Shown one piece after another: positions 17,275 through 23,140 of a stretch of 55,124 nt of DNA. The number at the start of each line of letters is the position of its first letter. The stretch's first letter is position 1. The notes beneath the pieces are model-generated. The model saw only the letters and a list, made by a program, of their open reading frames with translations. It did not search any database and was not told the DNA's origin. The position numbers were made by a program, and so were the translations under genes. Source of the stretch: a virus (Duplodnaviria; Caudoviricetes); the IMG/VR virus record IMGVR_UViG_3300021138_000034, positions 1-55,124 of that record. One strand, 5' to 3'.

Positions 17275-17448
17275 ATGAGCGTTAAAAAAGCGCGTAGGTC
17301 GTTAGTAGCAGGTATCTTTATGGGCGCACTAGTTGCGCTAGGTATAAATGCGGGAGTTGGTTTCTTGACTACTCATCATCAGGTCGAGTACAACTGCCAC
17401 CAAGCAGATGTCGGTTGGGAGTGCGATACTAAGTGGGTGCATAACTAA
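17275..17448 (+). CDS. Small single-TM protein (57 aa)
   Basis: AGGGG RBS, ATG 17275; hydrophobic helix. Confidence 0.7.
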   Translation: MSVKKARRSLVAGIFMGALVALGINAGVGFLTTHHQVEYNCHQADVGWECDTKWVHN

Positions 17449-17558
17449 TGGAGTGTCGTTTCTGCCAGTCCGACGGTGGTTCAGATTACTATGACGGTTT
17501 CTGCCACCTGTGTTACAAAATCATCCATCCGAGGAAAGGTAAAACAAATGTCAGTTGA
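17448..17558 (+). CDS. Tiny CxxC/CxxC Zn-binding protein (36 aa)
   Basis: MECRFCQ...FCHLCY; start overlaps upstream stop. Confidence 0.55.
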   Translation: MECRFCQSDGGSDYYDGFCHLCYKIIHPRKGKTNVS

Positions 17559-17763
17559 TACAACAAGCCCAGTCTATCCAGATGTCCATGTCCAGCTCGT
17601 TGGTCAGGACGGTAATGCGTTTGCGATCATGGGACGCGTCCAGTCAGCCCTAGAAGATGCGGGCGCAACTAAAGAAGAAATCGAGCAATATCTAAACGAA
17701 TCCATGTCAGGCGATTACGATAATCTTCTTCGTACCGCTGTGAAATGGGTGAGCGTTTCCTAA
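17548..17763 (+). CDS. Conserved phage protein (LVGQDGNAFAIMG...SGDYDNLL family)
   Basis: Recognisable motif; GAAAGG RBS. Confidence 0.85.
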   Translation: MSVDTTSPVYPDVHVQLVGQDGNAFAIMGRVQSALEDAGATKEEIEQYLNESMSGDYDNLLRTAVKWVSVS

Positions 17764-17786
17764 AGCTTAGTTACCCCTAAGACGGC

Positions 17787-17818
17787 AGCCCGGCGGGGCT
17801 TCTCTCCTGCCGGGCTTT
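17787..17818 (+). terminator. Intrinsic terminator-like hairpin
   Basis: AGCCCGGCGGGG...CCTGCCGGGCT-TT. Confidence 0.65.
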
Positions 17819-17838
17819 GCTGTGTCCGCGCGAGAAAA

Positions 17839-17958
17839 TGTTTGTGTTGGAAGCCCGCCCACCCAGCTTCAGGAATATCTAGGAGAGAGATTGTTATCAG
17901 ATTGTTATAAATGTTCCTCGGCGTGTCGGTTTGCCTAGTCGGTGGCATGGCATACCAT
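17839..17958 (+). repeat. Intergenic cassette element copy 2
   Basis: Stem GAAGC/GCTTC, loop CCGCCCACCCA; TTGTTATCAGATTGTTATAA; CGGCGTGTCG; AGTCGGTG-N8-TACCAT. Confidence 0.9.
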
Positions 17959-18002
17959 TGAGGCAGATAGCAGACGGCTATCAGTTCGAGAAAGGAACGA
18001 TT

Positions 18003-18569
18003 ATGGGTCTAGATATGTATCTAGAGGCTCGTAAGTTCGTTTCGGGATACGATTTTGCTCCCGAAGCGGATAAGCATTTGTTTAATCAGTTGAGCGAGAT
18101 TAGCCCCGCTGCTCCAAGCGTGGACTCTCCCTCTTTCCAATTAACCGTAAATATCGGTTATTGGCGCAAGGCGAACGCTATTCACGGTTGGTTTGTCCGT
18201 GAAATTGGCGACGGCGTTGATGAGTGCCAAGAAATGTATGTTCGCCGTGAGAAGTTGGCTGAACTGAAGTCTGCTCTCTTATTGGCTCTTGGTGAAAAGC
18301 CAAGCGTTGTTGCTCCTGCCTCTCAGGGTTATTCCATTAACGGCAACCCTGCCGAGGTTATCGCTGAGACTATGGTTCTAGAGGCTCACCGTGCTGAACT
18401 CAATGATGAGAGTGATACCGACCCTCTCCGTCCCGTCGGTGGTTTCTTTTTCGGTGGTACTGAGAAAGATGAGTGGTACTACCGTCAATTAGCGAACACT
18501 CTCGACATTATCGAGAAGGCGCTCGCTCTCCCAAGTACTTGGGACATTTACTATCAGGCGAGTTGGTAA
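18003..18569 (+). CDS. Conserved phage protein (MGLDMYL...YWRKANAIHGWF family)
   Basis: Signature motifs plus GFFFG...Y and YYQASW; GAGAAAGG RBS. Confidence 0.88.
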   Translation: MGLDMYLEARKFVSGYDFAPEADKHLFNQLSEISPAAPSVDSPSFQLTVNIGYWRKANAIHGWFVREIGDGVDECQEMYVRREKLAELKSALLLALGEKPSVVAPASQGYSINGNPAEVIAETMVLEAHRAELNDESDTDPLRPVGGFFFGGTEKDEWYYRQLANTLDIIEKALALPSTWDIYYQASW

Positions 18570-18853
18570 TGGCTAACTCTCAGGCTCGTGCGCTCGTCGA
18601 AAGGCGAGCGCAGGAGTGGCACAAGCGCTATTACTCTCAGTTGAACGGTGCGACCCTTGCCTTTGTTTGTATGACCGAGGATGAGTGGGGCAACCCTGAT
18701 TTCCCTACCTTCTTAGCGAAGTTCCCTGACGGTAGGACTATCCAGCTCGAAGTCTCTCGTGACCCTGAAGGAAATGGTGGCGGATTTATTTTCGGCATGG
18801 ATTTCCCTGACATGGCTGACTTTGATAAGGAAAGCGGGTTCGATAAGTTGTAA
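18569..18853 (+). CDS. Hypothetical protein (DPEGNGGGF motif)
   Basis: ATG overlaps upstream TAA. Confidence 0.75.
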   Translation: MANSQARALVERRAQEWHKRYYSQLNGATLAFVCMTEDEWGNPDFPTFLAKFPDGRTIQLEVSRDPEGNGGGFIFGMDFPDMADFDKESGFDKL

Positions 18854-18921
18854 GCGATTGGGGTTGGGAGTGATAACCAGTAACGGCGCGAGTAGCCTCG
18901 CGCGACCCCTCGCTCGCAAAA

Positions 18922-19038
18922 TGTTTGTGTTGAGCCCACCCACCCAGCTCAAATAGGAATGGATCGAGAGAGATAACGAAATTGTTATAGAAGTCGCTCG
19001 GCGTGTCGGCTGGAGATGTCGGTGCTGTCGAGTATTGT
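18922..19038 (+). repeat. Intergenic cassette element copy 3
   Basis: Stem TTGAGC/GCTCAA, loop CCACCCACCCA; ATAACGAAATTGTTAT; CGGCGTGTCG; TGTCGGTG-N8-TATTGT. Confidence 0.9.
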
Positions 19039-19094
19039 GTGGCTGTTGGTCAAACGACCAGCCCTGCTGACGGCAGGTTCAGAAAGGAAGTCCT

Positions 19095-19508
19095 ATGGGC
19101 ATAGCCCTTAAAGTTCCCAGAGCCAAAGTTTTGGTGGCTCTCAAAGACAGGCTCGTTCAGATTGAGTCTGACTACAAGCACCAAGCCAAGTATGAGGCTG
19201 ATTTCATCAAGGCTCATAAGAAGTGGCAACAAGATGTAATCAAGTTGGCTACAACCGAAGGCAAAATCCTTCCTACCGAGTGTTCGGTCTATGTCCGAGC
19301 ATACGGCACTAGCAACCAAATCAGCCTTCAGTATGAAGTGAAGAAGGAAGATTTGCCTGAAGAACCGACCCGTGATTGGGAGTCGATTAGCGACTACAAG
19401 TATCGCGAGATGCGTGATGAAATAAGCAACGCTATCCGCGTGATCGAGATGTGCGAAGATGAGGTAATCCCAGCCTCCACTCTCAAACCTTATAGCCACT
19501 ATCTATAA
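19095..19508 (+). CDS. Hypothetical protein (137 aa)
   Basis: ORF track; AGAAAGG RBS. Confidence 0.8.
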   Translation: MGIALKVPRAKVLVALKDRLVQIESDYKHQAKYEADFIKAHKKWQQDVIKLATTEGKILPTECSVYVRAYGTSNQISLQYEVKKEDLPEEPTRDWESISDYKYREMRDEISNAIRVIEMCEDEVIPASTLKPYSHYL

Positions 19509-19517
19509 GAGATAGGA

Positions 19518-19552
19518 GAAGCCCTCGCCCTTAGGAAAGGCGGGGGCTTTTT
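19518..19552 (+). terminator. Intrinsic terminator
   Basis: AAGCCCTCGCC...GGCGGGGGCTT-TTT. Confidence 0.8.
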
Positions 19553-19577
19553 CGCGCCCGCGCGGAACGCGCGGAAT

Positions 19578-19706
19578 TGTTTGTGTTGGAAAGCCCACCC
19601 ACCCTGCTTTCTGGAATACATAGGAGAGAGATAGGGATTTATAACAAAATCGTTATAAAAGACTTACGGCGTGTCGCTATTGCCTGTCGGTCTGGACGTG
19701 TAATGT
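19578..19706 (+). repeat. Intergenic cassette element copy 4
   Basis: Stem GAAAGC/GCTTTC, loop CCACCCACCCT; TTTATAACAAAATCGTTATAAA; CGGCGTGTCG; TGTCGGTC-N8-TAATGT. Confidence 0.9.
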
Positions 19707-19754
19707 CTGCTCTGTCGGGGAAACTCTTCGACTGTTCGAGAAAGGAACAAGCGG

Positions 19755-20249
19755 ATGTCTAAAAAAGACACGCTGAAAATAAAAGAGGCTTGCCTTCTTT
19801 TATTGAGCCTTGCCGATAAGTGGCAAGACGGAAAACCACTAGACCACGAGGAGATTGACCTTCTCGCGTGGGCTATCGCTGAAAATCTACAAGTGCGCGA
19901 TTACGCTATGAGCGCGCTACTTATGGACAAATTCGAGTCCGTAACTCTGACGATTGACTTCTATGACGAACTCGTTTCGCTCGTATCTGACGAATACAAG
20001 CACTCAATTCTCTCTATCCTTGCCATTCTTTGGTATGGCGCTGAGGATGACGAACTATCTGCCCGTAACCTGTCTATGGCTCTAGCCCTAAAGCCTGATT
20101 ATAAACTCGCGTTACTGGTTCAGAGAATCCACTCTGCTAACTGGCCTCACGAGGTTGTGCAAAATATGTTTAACGAACTCCACCCTACGGTGCGCGCCAG
20201 CGTGACCGAGGGCGGAGAGTATGCGGAAATGCTGGTTTCACAGGGCTAA
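19755..20249 (+). CDS. DUF4192-like helical protein
   Basis: LQVRD...W..G....AL...PDYKLA.L pattern of the actinobacterial DUF4192 C-terminus; GAGAAAGG RBS. Confidence 0.7.
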   Translation: MSKKDTLKIKEACLLLLSLADKWQDGKPLDHEEIDLLAWAIAENLQVRDYAMSALLMDKFESVTLTIDFYDELVSLVSDEYKHSILSILAILWYGAEDDELSARNLSMALALKPDYKLALLVQRIHSANWPHEVVQNMFNELHPTVRASVTEGGEYAEMLVSQG

Positions 20250-20264
20250 GTAGCCAGCGTTAGA

Positions 20265-20297
20265 GAAGCCCCCCAGCTCGTCACTGGGGGGTTTTTC
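20265..20297 (+). terminator. Intrinsic terminator
   Basis: AGCCCCCCAG-N7-CTGGGGGGTT-TTT. Confidence 0.8.
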
Positions 20298-20335
20298 ATT
20301 TGCCCTTGATCGCGCGAACGTGGGTCGCGCGAGAT

Positions 20336-20453
20336 TGTTTGTGTTGGTTGCCCGCCCACCCAGCAACTAGGAATTGAATGGAGAGACATAACGAAATTGT
20401 TATAAATGGGTACCGGCGTGTCGTGACCGGTCGCGGGCCGGATGTGGCAAGAT
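20336..20453 (+). repeat. Intergenic cassette element copy 5
   Basis: Stem TGGTTGC/GCAACTA, loop CCGCCCACCCA; ATAACGAAATTGTTAT; CGGCGTGTCG; weak -10 CAAGAT at the same spacing. Confidence 0.9.
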
Positions 20454-20478
20454 GTGTTTACTCGAGAAAGGAGTTACC

Positions 20479-20784
20479 GTGACTGGTACAGAAGGCATTC
20501 AGATAGTCGATGCGCAGCATCACTATGCAGTTCTTGAAGTTAAGAAGGAACTGAAGTTTAAATTCGATGGTCATGACTATGAGTGGACGGCATTCATTGG
20601 AGAACGTGGCTATGTCGAATATTGGAAGAGAGATGGCATATCAATTGAAGGTGGCGACACTGACGTTGAGTACCAGGTCCTGGACATGGACATGGGAGCG
20701 CTTTGGGAGGAAATCACTAATCGCAATTGCCAGCATAACCGGGCATGCGAATGTATGACATGTGGTGAGGTTCTCTATCACTGA
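20479..20784 (+). CDS. Hypothetical acidic protein with C-terminal Cys/His cluster
   Basis: GTG after GAGAAAGGAG. Confidence 0.75.
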   Translation: MTGTEGIQIVDAQHHYAVLEVKKELKFKFDGHDYEWTAFIGERGYVEYWKRDGISIEGGDTDVEYQVLDMDMGALWEEITNRNCQHNRACECMTCGEVLYH

Positions 20785-20807
20785 TGGGTCCGTCAGCCCT
20801 ATCATCG

Positions 20808-20833
20808 AGGCCCCCGGGAAACCGGGGGTCTTT
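20808..20833 (+). terminator. Intrinsic terminator
   Basis: AGGCCCCCGG-GAAA-CCGGGGGTCT-TT. Confidence 0.8.
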
Positions 20834-20846
20834 CGATTTTCGGAAT

Positions 20847-20974
20847 TGTTTGTGTTGGCCCTCCCACCCAGCATTTAAGGAATAGGAATAGAGAGAGATA
20901 CCGGCTTTATAACGAAATTGTTATAAACCATGGCCGGCGTGTCGCGATTGATTGTCCGTGGCCTCGTGTAAGTT
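20847..20974 (+). repeat. Intergenic cassette element copy 6
   Basis: Loop CCTCCCACCCA; TTTATAACGAAATTGTTATAAA; CGGCGTGTCG; TGTCCGTG-N8-TAAGTT. Confidence 0.9.
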
Positions 20975-21012
20975 GTGCCTTGCCGGAAAGGTTCCGCGCA
21001 AGAAAGGTAAAC

Positions 21013-21228
21013 ATGTCTAAAGACGAAGACATAAAGACGGAAGAGGTGACGTACCGGTTCATTACCGGCACGTGGTATTCCATCACCATTCCTAAAGAGA
21101 GAGAGGGGCAACCCGGCTACTCTCCTGAAGAGATATACAGCGCTTACTTTAATGAGGGCGCGCCTGATGACGTTAAGGTCTCAGAGGATGAAGTGGACCA
21201 TGTCTGGGAGGATGATTTAAATGCCTAG
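21013..21228 (+). CDS. Small acidic protein
   Basis: AGAAAGG RBS, ATG 21013. Confidence 0.75.
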   Translation: MSKDEDIKTEEVTYRFITGTWYSITIPKEREGQPGYSPEEIYSAYFNEGAPDDVKVSEDEVDHVWEDDLNA

Positions 21229-21430
21229 ATTCGACGTTAAGATGGTCATCGAATTCTCCGGTGAGCTCGAAGCTGATACAGCTGCCGAAGCTGAAGAAAA
21301 GGCCTGGACCTCCTGGGGTGACACGGCTGCTGCTGATATTACTTACGACGGTGTCTATTCAATTGAGGTAGACGAGATTGAAGAAGACGAAGAGGAAGAA
21401 GAGGACGATGAAGATTCAGACAAAAGCTAG
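21221..21430 (+). CDS. Small very acidic protein
   Basis: EADTAAEAEEKA motif, poly-E/D tail. Confidence 0.8.
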   Translation: MPRFDVKMVIEFSGELEADTAAEAEEKAWTSWGDTAAADITYDGVYSIEVDEIEEDEEEEEDDEDSDKS

Positions 21431-21453
21431 ATGCGTCGAATGCTCCCGCGTTT

Positions 21454-21678
21454 TTGACCTCCTTGATGAGACAGATGCTGCAGAATGGGCATACGGTCAT
21501 GACTGTGAAAGCTAAGACAGTGAGTGAGGCTCCCGGCAAGGGGGCCTCACGCCATGAGCACTATTGGATCTGTCAAGACATTCCCGGTTACTACAGCTGC
21601 AAATGCGGATTACAGAGATACTGGGATCGAAACAGGAGGCAGTACGTACTGTTCCTTGAAGACAATAGCGCCTCGTAA
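21454..21678 (+). CDS. Small His/Cys protein (HEH.W.C...C.CG)
   Basis: ORF track; start uncertain. Confidence 0.55.
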   Translation: MTSLMRQMLQNGHTVMTVKAKTVSEAPGKGASRHEHYWICQDIPGYYSCKCGLQRYWDRNRRQYVLFLEDNSAS

Positions 21679-21694
21679 GGGGCGCTATTTTTTT
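21664..21694 (+). terminator. Intrinsic terminator
   Basis: AATAGCGCCTC-GTAA-GGGGCGCTATT-TTTTT. Confidence 0.85.
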
Positions 21695-21721
21695 ATTGGA
21701 GTTTGCCTACACCCACCAAAA

Positions 21722-21862
21722 GTTTGTGTTGAAGCCCTCCCACCCAGCTTCTTATGGAATATATATAAGAGAGACGATATCGAACACGTGTTCGCCGAAC
21801 GTTTGTTCGAGAGACACGCCGGTGGCCCGGGTAGTTGACTCTGCAGCTGCCGGTGGTAAGTT
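21722..21862 (+). repeat. Intergenic cassette element copy 7 (variant with tandem SOS boxes and sigma-A promoter)
   Basis: Stem GAAGC/GCTTC, loop CCTCCCACCCA; palindrome replaced by CGAAC-N4-GTTCG x2; inverted GACACGCCG; TTGACT-N16-TAAGTT. Confidence 0.85.
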
Positions 21863-21903
21863 ACTTCTTGGCGGGACGGCCGCCACGTCGAACGTTTGTT
21901 CGA
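21780..21903. promoter_or_regulatory. Three LexA (SOS) boxes
   Basis: TCGAACACGTGTTCGC 21780-21795, CCGAACGTTTGTTCGA 21795-21810, TCGAACGTTTGTTCGA 21888-21903. Confidence 0.85.
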
Positions 21904-21922
21904 TGAGAGAGAAAGAGAAACA

Positions 21923-22456
21923 ATGACTACACAATTGAGAGAGATGAGAGAGATAGAGGTAGGCAATAGCTGCAGCTGCACCTACTGCCCTAACTGTTCT
22001 CTAGGTTCATCCGGCAATGAAGTATGCGATGAATGCCAACAACCGGTTCAGTACTCCAATGAATGCTTCGACTGCCAACCGTTTGACTGGGCCGAGGAAG
22101 AATTCGATGCTTGGGTCGATCGAGTCGGAGCTAAGCGCCTGCGTATTGATGGCCGTGCCATGGGTTGGCAGCGCCGATCCGGATACGCATACTGCGATCC
22201 AACCTGGAAGAGTTTCCTGGACCGGGTTACCTTCAATGGTGACTGGACCCTTAAGCTCAAGTTCGATGGCGATAGCTTCACCTTCAACCGGTATGGCCAC
22301 GATGAGCCCACTGGAGCTCACTTCGAAGTCTCTGTACACTTCTTCCTCCGGGACACTATGACCTTGGATCAAGCTGTCGAACACGAGATAGTCGACGAGT
22401 ATGGATGCCATATCAGCTGTGGCGAGTACTTCTATGATTGCGAGTGCAGCTCATGA
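21923..22456 (+). CDS. Cys-rich acidic protein (MGWQRRSG / HDEPTG motifs)
   Basis: ORF track; ATG 21923; several CxxC pairs. Confidence 0.8.
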   Translation: MTTQLREMREIEVGNSCSCTYCPNCSLGSSGNEVCDECQQPVQYSNECFDCQPFDWAEEEFDAWVDRVGAKRLRIDGRAMGWQRRSGYAYCDPTWKSFLDRVTFNGDWTLKLKFDGDSFTFNRYGHDEPTGAHFEVSVHFFLRDTMTLDQAVEHEIVDEYGCHISCGEYFYDCECSS

Positions 22457-22575
22457 GCGCTGGAGAGGCCTTACTCAGAGATCCCATCAATACCCGGCTT
22501 GAATGTAAGCTTTGCGGGCGCCTAGTAACCGGCGCTCGGGAAGCTATCGAGCATGAAGAGACTCATACTGCTTGA
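22453..22575 (+). CDS. 40-aa protein with classical C2H2 zinc-finger spacing
   Basis: CKLC-x12-HEETH; ATGA overlap with upstream gene. Confidence 0.65.
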   Translation: MSAGEALLRDPINTRLECKLCGRLVTGAREAIEHEETHTA

Positions 22576-22600
22576 CAAGCATCCTGATTAGTATTAATGT
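22572..22600 (+). promoter_or_regulatory. Consensus sigma-A promoter driving a non-coding region
   Basis: TTGACA-N17-TAATGT. Confidence 0.75.
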
Positions 22601-22604
22601 CTGT

Positions 22605-22701
22605 ACCGCTGGAGCGTCTTAACCTTTCTCAGCTCCAGCGGTCAGAGGCAGTAACCGTCATTACCGCCTCCGGTCTGGCAGCGAGACACCTTGCTCGCTG
22701 C
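22605..22701 (+). ncRNA. Candidate three-hairpin small RNA with anti-Shine-Dalgarno loop
   Basis: ACCGCTGGAGC/GCTCCAGCGGT around GTCTTAACCTTTCTCA; GAGGCAGTAA/TTACCGCCTC; GCAGCGAG/CTCGCTGC; immediately downstream of a consensus promoter. Confidence 0.6.
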
Positions 22702-22706
22702 AAGAT

Positions 22707-22783
22707 TGTTTGTGTTGACCCTCCCACCCCTTATCCCTTCGGGATAGGGTGATGGAGAGAGAGAAAGTCAAGGCGACACGCCG
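22707..22783 (+). repeat. Intergenic cassette element copy 8 (upstream module, degenerate)
   Basis: TGTTTGTGTTG, CCTCCCACCCC, GGAGAGAGAGA, inverted CGACACGCCG. Confidence 0.8.
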
Positions 22784-23009
22784 GAAGAGGAGGCAGCAGG
22801 TTCACGATCACTAAGTGATAGCAGTCACAGAGTGACTGGCAGGCTCTAAGAGCCAGTCAGTTAGGCTACTGCTCAGATAGTGAGACGGTGAGTCGGCTGT
22901 ACCCCCAGATTTACAGGACCTCCGGTCCAACTCCTATCTGATAACTCCGTGGAGAGAGATAGGAGAGAGAGAGACACTCTCAGCTATCCTCCTGGAATTG
23001 TCGACATTT

Positions 23010-23025
23010 TGTTCCACGTGAAACA
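23010..23025. promoter_or_regulatory. parS centromere site
   Basis: TGTTCCACGTGAAACA matches the parS consensus TGTTNCACGTGAAACA. Confidence 0.8.
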
Positions 23026-23094
23026 TTTATAACGAAATTGTTATCAAACCCCACCGGCGTGTCGTGAATAAATGTCGGTGCCTACTGGTTAAAT
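23026..23094 (+). repeat. Downstream (promoter) module of the cassette element
   Basis: TTTATAACGAAATTGTTAT; CGGCGTGTCG; TGTCGGTG-N8-TTAAAT. Confidence 0.85.
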
Positions 23095-23140
23095 GCTCTC
23101 ATGGCAACTAGGCCATAACACAGACGAGAAAGGTCTGGCG

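Noticed and set aside
17149-20401. SigR/SigH promoter (GGAAT-N18-GTT) within the repeats
   Set aside because: GGAAT-to-GTT spacing varies (about 16-27 nt) between copies.
17130-21750. Chi site or G-quadruplex from the minus-strand GCTGGGTGGGTGGG
   Set aside because: Not the E. coli Chi octamer, the host is actinobacterial, and only three G-runs are present.
17115-23094. CRISPR array interpretation of the repeats
   Set aside because: Units are about 75-100 bp, degenerate, and separated by 0.4-1 kb of protein-coding sequence. There is no cas1/cas2, and the Cas4-like gene is a standard phage recombination exonuclease.
17115-23094. Classical integron (attC) array
   Set aside because: No integron integrase in the window, the repeats lack paired RYYYAAC/GTTRRRY cores with a long imperfect palindrome, and each cassette has its own promoter.
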